Part shown: piece after piece, positions 39,989 through 50,673 of the stretch
Position numbering within the stretch: position 1 is the stretch's first letter
Layout of the letters: each line of letters begins with the position of its first letter
Assembly: GCA_963826715.1 (NCBI GenBank)
Contig: CAWGYA010000001.1
Location: 1 to 64,000 of the forward strand
Source: Candidatus Bathyarchaeota archaeon
Lineage (GTDB): Archaea > Thermoproteota > Bathyarchaeia > Bathyarchaeales > Bathycorpusculaceae
Direction: 5' to 3'
DNA length: 64,000 bases
Notes under the pieces: model-generated
Seen by the model: the letters and a program-made list of their open reading frames with translations, nothing else
Told to the model about the DNA's origin: nothing
The model's database searches: none
Translations under genes and position numbers: made by a program

Positions 39989-40320
39989 TATTCTTTTCCT
40001 CCTCCATCTAGGAGCACTAAACCTGCGGCAAGGATAATACCGAGGTAGAGAATTAATAGAAGCCAATTTGTGCTTGCCAACGCAAACGCAGCGAAGGCAA
40101 GAACCAAAACAGATGAATCAAATACTACGAAGTAAATGAGATATTTATAGAGAGATACGTTGATTTTTAATCCTTGAAAAGTAACTTTTTCTCCGCAAGC
40201 ATAAGCCGATTGCTCATTTTCGCTTAGGACGGTTTTGGGAGCTGAACGTTTACCAATAACAAAGATTGCTAGTGAAGCAATGAATATCAAGAAAAAGGCA
40301 ATGATAGCTTCAACAATCAT
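39988..40320 (-). CDS. subunit A (NuoA-like)
   Basis: 3 TMs, YACGE loop, YFVVFD. Confidence 0.85.
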   Translation of the reverse strand: MIVEAIIAFFLIFIASLAIFVIGKRSAPKTVLSENEQSAYACGEKVTFQGLKINVSLYKYLIYFVVFDSSVLVLAFAAFALASTNWLLLILYLGIILAAGLVLLDGGGKE

Positions 40321-40680
40321 TCGGTTTTTTCCACTCCATAAATTTAAATGTTCTTTTAGTCAAGGCAACATCAAGGATTGAGCCGAATCGGCGTTTATTA
40401 TATCCAACAGCGTCGATACAACCGTATTTAAGTCTATCTACATTATAACTGGGCAAATGAACAAAATTTTGGCAACCTTTCAAATGATTAGCAAATGAGT
40501 AGCGGTCGATTTTACTTAAGTTGCCTAGCATAGTCTCTCCCATTGCTTTTCTCTCCTATACTGCCCCGAGATAGTTCACTAAAAACACTACACTTGCATT
40601 TAAATTTTAAGAAACAGAAAGTGAAAAATTTCATGATTTTTCACAATATTATCTGAAGTTTTCTGTGAGTAATATTTTCT

Positions 40681-41784
40681 TTAAACCGATATTTCATCAC
40701 TCAACCCATTCTCAGGATACGGGAATAAATGAGTTTTCTCAAGCGGATACGTAATTGTGATTTCCTCACCGACAGAAACCCAATCCTCCGTCAACGAAGG
40801 ACGATTAATCACAAAGTGATCACCATTATCCAGTCTAATATCATAGCGGACAATTGTACCCTCAAAAGTAGTTTTATCAATTTTTCCAAATAGGGCATTA
40901 TTGGCAACAAGATGCCCACGATGCATTTCGCAGGTTTCAGGGCGAATCGCTAATACAATACGTTCCTCTTCTTTGATATCTCGCTCGTTAAAAGCCTTAA
41001 TTTTAAGGCCCTGCCGCAATTCTATTTCAGAGAAGTCGCCTTCATTTCGGGTAATGTAGCCCTCCAAAAAGTTTGATTCACCAATAAAATGTGCAACAAA
41101 CAAGCTGCTAGGATGCACATACAGGTCTTTAGGTGAACCAATTTGAATAATTTTTCCTTTTTTCATAACGGCGATTCTATCCGAAATAGACATTGCTTCA
41201 GCTTGATCATGAGTAACATGAATAGCAGTTAATTTTAGGTCCTTTGCCATGCGACGAATTTCATATCGAATTTCATTACGGACTTTAGCGTCCAATTGAC
41301 CCAGAGGTTCATCCAAAAGTAAAGTTTTAGCTCCCGCAGCCAACGCGCGTGCTACCGCAATTCGTTGCATCATCCCCCCGCTGAGCTCACTCGGATAGGC
41401 ATCCAGACGTTCACTAAGTTTTACGAGTTCAAGAACTTCATGCCCAATAGTTTCAGCTTGCTTGGCATCGTAGTTTTTGACTTTGGGACCATAAATCACG
41501 TTACTCCAAGCAGTCATGTGAGGAAAAAGCGCAAAAGTTTGAAAAACAAAGCCTATGTCCCGATCTTCCGGAGGGTCTTTGTCAACACGGCGCTCACCTA
41601 TGTATATTTCACCACTATCAGGGTCAATAAGTCCTGCGATAACTCGCAGCAGAGTCGTTTTACCGCATCCACTTGGACCCAGTAGCGAAAAATATTCTTG
41701 ATCGCGAATAGTTAAACTGACGTGATCCAGTGCGTAGACGTTACCATATTTTTTTGTGACGTTTACAATTTTGACATCGGGCAT
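40681..41784 (-). CDS. ABC ATPase with TOBE domain (Fe3+/thiamine/polyamine class)
   Basis: GPSGCGKTT, LSGGMMQR, LLLDEP, VTHDQ. Confidence 0.94.
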   Translation of the reverse strand: MPDVKIVNVTKKYGNVYALDHVSLTIRDQEYFSLLGPSGCGKTTLLRVIAGLIDPDSGEIYIGERRVDKDPPEDRDIGFVFQTFALFPHMTAWSNVIYGPKVKNYDAKQAETIGHEVLELVKLSERLDAYPSELSGGMMQRIAVARALAAGAKTLLLDEPLGQLDAKVRNEIRYEIRRMAKDLKLTAIHVTHDQAEAMSISDRIAVMKKGKIIQIGSPKDLYVHPSSLFVAHFIGESNFLEGYITRNEGDFSEIELRQGLKIKAFNERDIKEEERIVLAIRPETCEMHRGHLVANNALFGKIDKTTFEGTIVRYDIRLDNGDHFVINRPSLTEDWVSVGEEITITYPLEKTHLFPYPENGLSDEISV

Positions 41785-41832
41785 GTTTAGTTTTCTCCTC
41801 TTGAAAATTTTTTGGTACTTTTTGTTATCATG

Positions 41833-43431
41833 TTATTCTTTTCCTTTTTTGGTTAACAGCCTCAACCCGAACAGAATAATGAAGCTGAAGAGAATAAGCA
41901 ACCCACAGGCTAAACCGACCGTTAAAGTGCTGACACCGGTTATTGGAGCAATTACACCTCTAACCGAATTCACCCAGTTAACGATAAGAACAGGCGCCGT
42001 GGTCAAGTTGTCCGTTACCGCTAAGGAAGCTCCAGTTTCACTTACGCTACGGGTAAATACAATTATTGCCCCCGATAATATAGAATATTTGGTAAGCGGC
42101 AGAACAATACTTCTAAACACCGTAAAAGGTTTAGCGCCTAAAGTTTTTGCAGCTTCCTCCAGATCAAGGTTGATCCGGTCCATTGCCGCAGACATTGACC
42201 TCACAAAGTAAGGGTAAGTTATTGCTAAATGGGCAAAAACTAACAATAAAAAGTCCGGGATACCTGATATACCCTGCCAGAAAAACTTGAGCGAAACACC
42301 CAAAGCAATAGAAGGTACAATAATTGGCACATTTATTAGAGAATCAATTATAGCTGAAGGGAGTTTGCCAAAGGTTTTGCGAGTAATAAAGATAGCCATA
42401 GGAATGCCTGTAATAATTCCTAAAACAGTAACAATACCCCCTAATCCGTAAGAGAGAAGCAAACTTTGCCAAAAACTGGACCAAATACCCGCTCCAGTGA
42501 AAGCATCAAACAAATTAGTTCCAGTGAAAACAGCCTGGAAAGCCGGCAAAGCAACGAAAACCGATGGAAGCAAAACTAAGAGTAAGAAAACAGCCAATGC
42601 TATGCTATTACGTGACCAAACGCCCCCTTTGTAGCTTATTTTTTTCTCAAATAAAGGCAAGCCCTTGCCGAATGGAAGTTTGATACGGTTTCCTATTATG
42701 CGAATTAGAGCAAAGAGAACTAAAGAAACAATAATTAAGATAAGACTGGCAAAAACGGTTCCGCCCTCATAAGCTGCTTGGGAAATTGTGCCCGAAGCTA
42801 GATTGTTTTTTAGATCTTGTATGAATACCGGACCGTTCTGAAAAACAAGACCTGCCACAATAAAGGTAGCGCCTGTTTCGGAAAGCGACCGGGCAAAAGC
42901 CAAAGAAAACGCAGCAATAAGAGATGGCTTTATAATGGGGAACGTTACCGTTCGGGCGGCTGTCATCGGTGGAGCACCCATGGTTCGTGATGCTCGTTCA
43001 TACTCCATTTTATAGTCCATCATTGCCCCAACCACAACACGAACAACAACAGGGAATGAGAAAGTAAAGTGCAGAAGCATAACCAAAAGCCAACCCGGAG
43101 AAACAAGAGAATATCCGAAAAGCCCTGAAATACCGCTGCTTGATCCCCAGAAAAGCAGAAGCGAATATCCTAAAGCTGCTGTAGGAACTATGAAAGGTAA
43201 ATCAGCCAAAGTATCTAAAATTCTAATCCATCTTGAGTTGCTACGGGTGATGAGCCATGCCAAAGGGACTCCCGCCACCAAGTCCAAAGCGGCAACGATT
43301 AAACCAATTGTAAAAGAGTTTAAGATAGCTGTGAGCGCAGCTTGGGTAAGTTGAGGATTCTCCAGAAAACTTTGCATCGCTGGAGCTTTGATTAGGATTC
43401 CTATAATTGGTGGCACGAGAATAATAACCAA
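41833..43431 (-). CDS. ABC importer permease with two EAA repeats (FbpB/ThiP class); true start probably upstream
   Basis: YERASRTMGA and LEEAAKTLGA loops; frame stays open upstream of 43431. Confidence 0.88.
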   Translation of the reverse strand: MVIILVPPIIGILIKAPAMQSFLENPQLTQAALTAILNSFTIGLIVAALDLVAGVPLAWLITRSNSRWIRILDTLADLPFIVPTAALGYSLLLFWGSSSGISGLFGYSLVSPGWLLVMLLHFTFSFPVVVRVVVGAMMDYKMEYERASRTMGAPPMTAARTVTFPIIKPSLIAAFSLAFARSLSETGATFIVAGLVFQNGPVFIQDLKNNLASGTISQAAYEGGTVFASLILIIVSLVLFALIRIIGNRIKLPFGKGLPLFEKKISYKGGVWSRNSIALAVFLLLVLLPSVFVALPAFQAVFTGTNLFDAFTGAGIWSSFWQSLLLSYGLGGIVTVLGIITGIPMAIFITRKTFGKLPSAIIDSLINVPIIVPSIALGVSLKFFWQGISGIPDFLLLVFAHLAITYPYFVRSMSAAMDRINLDLEEAAKTLGAKPFTVFRSIVLPLTKYSILSGAIIVFTRSVSETGASLAVTDNLTTAPVLIVNWVNSVRGVIAPITGVSTLTVGLACGLLILFSFIILFGLRLLTKKGKE

Positions 43432-44035
43432 AAAGATGATGATTGCGGAGAGGTAGAGGGTGTACTTTAGGGGTTTTTTAGAGGATAAACCATTGAGTGT
43501 TTTCCAGACTTTACTGCTAATCCTTGTGCCGCTCCTGTTTCCAAGGGTAATTTAGCTCAAAGGAGAATTAATTTAGTGTTCAAGTATATTAGCTGTTACA
43601 TAGTACTGGAGCCTTTTTCAATATTTTTCTCTTAAAATACATAGTTAATGGTAAACGATGATAACTATAGAGAATCGACTTCTAAAACTGGATTCATTAA
43701 GAATCTTTTTTAACAATTAATCGGCCAACCATAATTCACCTAAAAAGACCCGAATTATGGAGCAACTTAAAGGCATAAAACTCAAATATCGACCATATTA
43801 ATGCCCTTAACAATATTTTGAGTCAATAAAATTTGAGATAAAAAGCTTGGACAACTAATCGGAAATAATCATCATCCAAAGTCTAAGAAAACAATGCAGA
43901 AAAAATAGTAATGAAAACTATTTTATCATCCGAGATGATATCTCAAAATTCTGGAGTGTCTTTAGCAAAGAAAAAAGATTGAATCTTCGAATATATGTTT
44001 CAAACAATAGAAAAACATAAAAATGGAGACCATTT

Positions 44036-44686
44036 TTAGGCTTCCAAACTACTTCTTCTATTAACAGGTTTTTCAGATGAAACCTCAGGAAAACGTTCCT
44101 TGAGTCTGCTCTCAGCAGCCACCTCGGCTTCTTCCAAAATCTGCAAAGCATCAGCACTTGCCATAACCGTATCAACAGGCGAATCACCGCTTTGGTTGGT
44201 TGAAACTACAATATCCGAAAGCAAATTGCCAATATTTCCAAGCTCCTGACTTGCCTCAGGTAGAATACTACACATCTCTGTCCTCACATTACTTAGAAGA
44301 CTCCTTGCAGGCGCCAGCACCGTCACTAAATCTCCAAGCTCAGAAACCGTGTTTAGACGCATTGAAACACTTTGCAGAGCAAGAGAAGCATGAGAAAGCA
44401 TTCTTTCAACTTTTCGGATTTCTGAGAGTTCTGTTGCGAGTATATTTGCCCGAGCTTCATCCCTCTGAGTCATAGCTTTTACCACACGATTAAAAATTTC
44501 AGCATCTCTGCCTTGAAAACGCGAAACCGCCTGGTCAAGCGTCTTAGTTTGTATGTCTAAACGCTGAGTAACCTGCATAATTTGCTCTTTCAAATTCTCC
44601 GATGGCTTACCAACATTAGCTATTTTGGAAACAATTGATTGATCTTTTGGCTTGCTGTTCCACCGGTCCACAAAATGTCTAACCAA
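44036..44686 (-). CDS. ESCRT-III (Snf7/CdvB-like) protein
   Basis: Helical, RANILATELSEIRK, RLNTVSELGD, ILEEA..AE.RLKERFP. Confidence 0.85.
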   Translation of the reverse strand: MVRHFVDRWNSKPKDQSIVSKIANVGKPSENLKEQIMQVTQRLDIQTKTLDQAVSRFQGRDAEIFNRVVKAMTQRDEARANILATELSEIRKVERMLSHASLALQSVSMRLNTVSELGDLVTVLAPARSLLSNVRTEMCSILPEASQELGNIGNLLSDIVVSTNQSGDSPVDTVMASADALQILEEAEVAAESRLKERFPEVSSEKPVNRRSSLEA

Positions 44687-45021
44687 AGCTATTCCTCAAG
44701 CTTCTCTAAGGCGCCTTTAATAAAAGAGTGTTCGACTCAATTAAGTTAAACGTTAACTTACTATCATGTAGTTTTTTATATTAAACTATAAAGTGCAAAA
44801 GATTTTTTAGAGGTTTTCTACATGAAATTGAATGCTTTTTAATAGAAAAGGGTTTTGAGAGTATTTAAATGAGTTTTTGGAGTAATTACAAGCCAATGAT
44901 TTTAAGACTAAATTAGGTAACTTTCAACCTCAAACCAAGATTCTTTTAAGATAAAGTGGAAATGGAAGAAAAACAAAAATTATATTAGTGGTTTAACGAG
45001 AGATTAAATATATCTTTTGGA

Positions 45022-46032
45022 GTGGACAATTTGGAAACTCTTTTGTTAACGGATGAACAGGTAAAGAAACTTCTTTCAATATCTGAAGTTATCAAGGCTG
45101 TCGAATTAGCCTTCGTACAAAAAGGAAATGGTCGAGTTCAAATGCCCGCTAAGGTTTACTTGTACTTCAATAAGTACAACGGCGATTTAAGAACCATGCC
45201 CAGCTACCTTGAAGACCTAGAAATATCAACCGTTAAAATAGTAAATGTTCATCCAGACAACCACGTCAAATACAAGCTACCCACAGTCATGGCAATTATT
45301 ACCCTGATTGATCCATCAAACGGATTCCCACTTGCCATAATGGGAGCCACAACTTTAACAGATATGAGAACAGGCGCCGCAGGGGGAGTGGCCGCGAAAT
45401 TCTTAGCCAAGAAAGATCCCCGGATTGTTGGTTTGGTGGGTGCAGGCGCCCAATCAAGGACGCAGCTAATGGCGTTATTTGAAGTATATAGTAAACTCGA
45501 AGAAATCAGAATTTGGAGCCGACACCCAGAGACAGAAAGCACCTTTTTAACTGAAGCAGAAAAAGCTTATGGGCATTCGTGCAAGTTTATTTTGGAACCA
45601 AGCGTAAGAAAAACCGTAGCAAATGCAGACATTGTGGTAACTACTACACCATCAAGACAACCCCTTGTTATGGATGATATGATTTCTCCAGGTATGCACA
45701 TTAACTGTATTGGAGCCGATGCATTTGGGAAAGAAGAACTTGACCCACTCATTTTGAAGAGGTCAAAAATGGTGGTTGATGATTGGGAGCAAGCATCTCA
45801 TACAGGTCAAATAAACATACCCTTGATGTTGAGGGATAAAATAATAACTAAAGAGGACATATGGGCAGAAATCGGTGAAATAGCCGCTGGGTTAAAACCT
45901 GGACGAACATCTGAAGACGAGATTACGGTATTTACTTCAACTGGATTAGCGGTTCAGGATGCTGTTACTGCTAAAATTGCATATGATAAAGCGTTACTAA
46001 ATCGTATTGGAAAGTTTATCAAGATTGTTTGA
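45022..46032 (+). CDS. ala: alanine dehydrogenase (ornithine cyclodeaminase/mu-crystallin family)
   Basis: GDLRTMP, KIVNVHPDN, RTGAAG, GAGAQ, STGLAVQD. Confidence 0.88.
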   Translation: MDNLETLLLTDEQVKKLLSISEVIKAVELAFVQKGNGRVQMPAKVYLYFNKYNGDLRTMPSYLEDLEISTVKIVNVHPDNHVKYKLPTVMAIITLIDPSNGFPLAIMGATTLTDMRTGAAGGVAAKFLAKKDPRIVGLVGAGAQSRTQLMALFEVYSKLEEIRIWSRHPETESTFLTEAEKAYGHSCKFILEPSVRKTVANADIVVTTTPSRQPLVMDDMISPGMHINCIGADAFGKEELDPLILKRSKMVVDDWEQASHTGQINIPLMLRDKIITKEDIWAEIGEIAAGLKPGRTSEDEITVFTSTGLAVQDAVTAKIAYDKALLNRIGKFIKIV

Positions 46033-46110
46033 AGAAAAGTAACTTAGTTTGCAAAGAATACGCATTTAGAAACATCGAATTGTAAATTCTTACTTAAAAT
46101 AAAAAACTTA

Positions 46111-46566
46111 TTATGTCAGTGCGTTTAACGCTTCTTTTGCGTGCTTATTGAATTTGAGCTGCGACACGAAAATATGCTTCACGATACCGTTTTTGTCTAT
46201 AACGAAAGTTACTCTGCCTGGAATGCCCAATGTGGCGGCAACCCCATATAATTTTCGAACACTATTATTGGCATCGCTCAACAGGATATAGGGCAAATTA
46301 TGGTGAGAAATAAATTGTTTATGTGACTCCACAGTTTGGGAACTAATGCCTATAACCTCTGCATCTTTCTCTGTGAAGGCTTCATAGCTATCCCTGAAAG
46401 ACTTCGCTTCCTTGACACAAGTCGGTCCTTCATCTCTCGGGTAGAAAAATAAGACAATATTCTTTTTTCCGAAAAATTGTGATAGAGTAATATTTTCGCC
46501 GTTGCTTGCTGGAAGTGTGAAATCCAGGGCTTTGTCACCAATCTTTAATTTAGTCATATTTTTCAC
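46111..46566 (-). CDS. bcp: BCP/PrxQ peroxiredoxin (1-Cys)
   Basis: FFYPRDEGPTCVKEA, LLSD, RVTFVID. Confidence 0.85.
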   Translation of the reverse strand: MKNMTKLKIGDKALDFTLPASNGENITLSQFFGKKNIVLFFYPRDEGPTCVKEAKSFRDSYEAFTEKDAEVIGISSQTVESHKQFISHHNLPYILLSDANNSVRKLYGVAATLGIPGRVTFVIDKNGIVKHIFVSQLKFNKHAKEALNALT

Positions 46567-46823
46567 TCTAAAGATTAAAGGTGTTTTTTCCGGATTTTAA
46601 TCTAATCTAATTTTGAAATTCTGCTCTTAATACTTTGTCAGCGTGGTATTATTAGGAATGTAGTAGATGTTTTGAAGCAGCCTCCAATAGATGACTTTTT
46701 TATGGAATCCATAAATCCGGATGACAACAAAAGCGCACATATGCACATCTCTTAATTCCAACCTAATATCTGATTTGGTTGCGCTAAACGATGTATATTA
46801 ATTTTTTTTATTAACAGAAATGC

Positions 46824-47567
46824 CTATTCGCTGAAGTATTCAACGAAAATGTTACCATTAGCTGTGGATAACTTCAGATCAAGAGTACCTGAGCCATATG
46901 TTGTAATACCGTTTAAGTGAGTTGATGTTTGAATATTTGAGTTGATAGCTATGCCTTGGTAGCTTACCTGTCCATTCGCGGTTGAAGCGTCAATTTTAAA
47001 AAGTGTCCCTTCGAGCAAATCGATGTTTATGTTACCGTTTAAGCTTGATGCTGCTATAGATGTAGCATTATTGTCTTTTATCTCGATTCTGCCGTTATTA
47101 GTGGTTGCAACCACCGTTATATCGTTTAGCAAAGGTTTGATAATATTTCCATTTAATGTATTAAGGGTCAAGTTGTATTGGCTATTGTTAGGTAATTTGA
47201 TCACGATACTAGCTTTGTAGTTAACTTTTATTTCGGTAGAATCTTTGATTTTTGCTTCAGCAATTATTAGGGCGCTCTCACCTTGGGTCTGATTTGTTGT
47301 ATCAACTATTAATTGGTTGATGTGCCCTTCTGGAGCTTCGAGCATGTAAGTGATTTCTATGAGGCGGTTATCGGTTGTTTGGATTTCGATGTCTCCGTTG
47401 AAGGTTGCGGCTTTGATTTCTACATTTTGCATAGGAGAAAATGACGATGTCTCTTGTTTTTGCTCAAGGCGGGCTAAGGCACTATTCAGAAAAGAATAAC
47501 CACCAATTATCAAAATACCTACCAAAATAATTGCAGCGCTAATTATGAGTTTATTCTCAAAGTTCAT
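46824..47567 (-). CDS. DUF4097-like beta-repeat protein, membrane anchored
   Basis: N-terminal TM; repeated TxNGxI motifs. Confidence 0.8.
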   Translation of the reverse strand: MNFENKLIISAAIILVGILIIGGYSFLNSALARLEQKQETSSFSPMQNVEIKAATFNGDIEIQTTDNRLIEITYMLEAPEGHINQLIVDTTNQTQGESALIIAEAKIKDSTEIKVNYKASIVIKLPNNSQYNLTLNTLNGNIIKPLLNDITVVATTNNGRIEIKDNNATSIAASSLNGNINIDLLEGTLFKIDASTANGQVSYQGIAINSNIQTSTHLNGITTYGSGTLDLKLSTANGNIFVEYFSE

Positions 47568-47881
47568 TCTTACCGCACCTACAGTTTGTTCCCATTTGTA
47601 TGTCGACTAATAGTAGTTATAAGATTTTTCATCGCGCAATATACTTCTTAGAAAAAAAAATTCTAATTAAAAAATATCTTGGGAAAATTTCGAGAAAACC
47701 CAACTTCAATGTTTCTTCGGATAAAACTATTTTGATAGAAATTTGGTAGACAAATATTAAACATTAAACCCTAACTCCTTTTTTATTCGTCCGTTTTTAA
47801 TCCAAAAATTATGAGTAAACAAAGTGCGCTTTCCGAAAAATATATCAACAAAAACGTGAGCTTTTTCATCGGCAACAAAAG

Positions 47882-48976
47882 ATGACCACAACAGAACGGA
47901 TTTTTGTAAAAAAAGCTACAAAAAAGAGGGGGAGCCGAGAAAGCCGCAAAGCAAGTTTCATTTTTTACCAAGCTCTCTATGGGCCATTCGTTTTTCTTAG
48001 GGCAATTTATCGCCAAGTAATTATCCTTGCAACAATGTTCATTTGGGGTGCTATAATTTTCTCTATTTATGAGCAGCTTCCACCCCTTAGTGCCCTTCTT
48101 GCTTCCGTTTCAACAATAACCACAATCGGATTTTATGTTCCCAACGGAGGCAACTACTTCACTATGAATCCAAGCGAATCGGTGCTCTTAATTATAATGA
48201 TCGTTATATCGGTAGGAGCAGGGGCGTCTATATTGCAAAGTAGCATTAACACAATTGTTAAAGGAGATTTAGCTAAAAGTCAAGCAGAAAAAAGGCTTAT
48301 CAGCAAACTATGTCAGCATGTTATCGTTTTAGGTTACACCCATTGGGGACGCTACGTTGCTGAGAAGCTTGAAGAACTAGGTTTAGACAACGTTATCGTC
48401 ACTCAGGATCTCCGAACTTACGAAGAATTGCTCAAAAAAGATGCCTTCGTTGTTTTTGAACAAGCGACACAACCAATGGAATCATTAAAAGCTGCAGGCA
48501 TAGAACGAGCCTTAATCGTTGTTAGCGCACACCAGAAAGACGCTGATAACATGCTTTCTGTCCTTAGCGCTAGAAAGCTTCGTCCAGATATTAGAATAAT
48601 AAGCGTTGTTCATGATCAATCCCTAATTGAGACTGCAAAAAACGCTGGCGCTGATATGGTTATACCTTCCTCAGTGACAGTTGGTCATCTACTTGCACTT
48701 TCTGCTGTAACCCAGAATTTAGTAGGTGTTGTATTCTCGGAGCGCATAGGTACGAAAGAGATTGCAGAGTTCTCGGTTTTTAAATCATCGCCTCTTATCG
48801 GCAAGTCATTATCCGAGATTTCAAGTTGTGTAACTATTATAGGACTTGTTCGAGAAGGAAAGGTAATAAAAAATCTCTTCGACCCATCACTGCGGATAAA
48901 TGAAGATGACACATTACTCGTTTTTGGCGATCCTTCATGCACCGTATCGTTAGAAGAACAAGCAAAAGCGCTTTAA
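47882..48976 (+). CDS. 2-TM ion channel with RCK (TrkA-N/C) domains
   Basis: TM-pore(STITTIGF)-TM, HVIVLGY, AGADMVI, TrkA-C domain. Confidence 0.85.
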   Translation: MTTTERIFVKKATKKRGSRESRKASFIFYQALYGPFVFLRAIYRQVIILATMFIWGAIIFSIYEQLPPLSALLASVSTITTIGFYVPNGGNYFTMNPSESVLLIIMIVISVGAGASILQSSINTIVKGDLAKSQAEKRLISKLCQHVIVLGYTHWGRYVAEKLEELGLDNVIVTQDLRTYEELLKKDAFVVFEQATQPMESLKAAGIERALIVVSAHQKDADNMLSVLSARKLRPDIRIISVVHDQSLIETAKNAGADMVIPSSVTVGHLLALSAVTQNLVGVVFSERIGTKEIAEFSVFKSSPLIGKSLSEISSCVTIIGLVREGKVIKNLFDPSLRINEDDTLLVFGDPSCTVSLEEQAKAL

Positions 48977-49344
48977 CCTTAAGATAAGCCTTCAAAAGTA
49001 AATTATAACAAGCAGTGACAAAGAGCTAATAAATTCGTTAGAACTAACAAACATCACAGCACATCCTAAGACCACTAAAGAATAATAATTTGATAAATTA
49101 AGAAGAGGCTATACCCTAAAGGAATGCCTTGTGCGGTTGTGATCTTGACTGGGAGAACTCAAGCGAGAGCAAACCGATTAATTTTAGCCATCCTCTCAAT
49201 AGTTTTTGCCGAACAGCAATCTGTAAAATTACGATTATTAAAAAACTATGACTGCAAAATTATTAAAAATCGATAACAAATGAATACATTTAAACCCAAA
49301 TCAAAAAAGTTTTGAAAAGATTGATCACAATTGTAAAAATTAAG

Positions 49345-49418
49345 TGCGGGAACCGGGATTTGAACCCGGGTCCTAGACTTGGCAAGCCTATGTACTAACC
49401 AAGCTGTACTATTCCCGC
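49345..49418 (-). tRNA. tRNA-Gly(GCC)
   Basis: GCGGGAA/TTCCCGC acceptor stem, TAGGC-TTGCCAA-GTCTA, GGTTCAAATCC. Confidence 0.95.
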
Positions 49419-49892
49419 ATTTAGCGTGTTTGCACGCAACAATCTAAACACACTTCCTAATAAACTATTTTTCTTAGTCTTGAGTCTTTTCTATTTCTAA
49501 TAAAGTTGACTTAAATCCCAGCGAATCATAGCGTCGAAATACCAAAAACTAAAACGAATTCGGTAATTTTCATCAACCACAGTAAAAGATTACAAATAAA
49601 GCTGCGGATATATCAGTAAATTCCATCAATTACTTAATGTTATCCAATTTTAAGAAAGACCAATAAAATATTAAAATGTTATTATTCTTAAAACAGTTCA
49701 GTGTTACTGAATTATGTCTTTTTTATAATTAGTCATTATACATCAAACTTTTCAGAAATTAAAACCTGAATAGTGGTTAATCTCAAATGTTTCTATGATA
49801 TAGTTTAGGTTTGAAACTACTAATTCCCGATTCAGAACTTAAATTCATAAGTCAGTTATAGGGCATAACACAATTTTGCTTACTAATTAAAA

Positions 49893-50090
49893 ATGGAGAA
49901 AGTGTGTAGAATGAAGAATATTGCTGAAAGAAGTAGAAAAGAATTAGAAGCAAAATTTGCCAATGTTTTCGATGAGCAAATTACTAGTTTAGCTACAGAA
50001 TTGCGGGATATATTGCTAGATGACATGGTGACAGCCTTCGAAAATAGACTAAAAGTGTTAAATCATGGTCTAGAAAAAACAGCCATTTAG
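49893..50090 (+). CDS. small helical hypothetical protein
   Basis: 65 aa ORF. Confidence 0.6.
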   Translation: MEKVCRMKNIAERSRKELEAKFANVFDEQITSLATELRDILLDDMVTAFENRLKVLNHGLEKTAI

Positions 50091-50177
50091 ACGCTAACAT
50101 GGTTAATAATACTGATCAGTAATACATAAACGATATATACAAAAAAAGATGACATAGACAAAAGAGGAAACAAAAAA

Positions 50178-50471
50178 GTGCGTCGATCTAAACTCGAAAT
50201 GTATGTTGACATACTCACGGTACTTGCTCACAGGGGTCCATTAAAACTAACACATGTCATGTATAAAGCGAACGTAAATTGCAGCGTCCTCAAAGAATAC
50301 TTGGACTTCCTTATGAAGCAGGAACTAGTTGAAGAACGCACCGTCGGTAAACGACGAGTGGTTTTCGCCGTAACTCAACGAGGCATCACGGTTCTAAAAT
50401 ACTTCAAAGAACTCAAGCAGGTTCTGCCCATAGTCGAAGAAGCAAGAAACCAAGCGCCTGTTCCCTATTAA
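50178..50471 (+). CDS. winged-helix transcriptional regulator (archaeal HTH_45-like)
   Basis: RRSKLEMYVDIL, THVMYKANVN, YLDFL, TQRG. Confidence 0.88.
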   Translation: MRRSKLEMYVDILTVLAHRGPLKLTHVMYKANVNCSVLKEYLDFLMKQELVEERTVGKRRVVFAVTQRGITVLKYFKELKQVLPIVEEARNQAPVPY

Positions 50472-50673
50472 AACCCTTTCTTAAAACACCTCCTTTCCCC
50501 CAATTCTTTAAATAAGCTTTAACCTAACTTTTTATTTGAATTTTAGTCACTTTCTTGCGTCTGCCCTTAGGCTTAAAAATATGAATTTCAGTATCGCAAG
50601 ACTTAATAAACAGAAAAATAGCATATGCTTTAGTATACAACAACTGTACACATGAAAAACAACTCGGGGATAT

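Noticed and set aside
40310-40543. 77-aa ORF upstream of subunit A
   Set aside because: No recognisable motifs; overlaps the likely promoter/leader region
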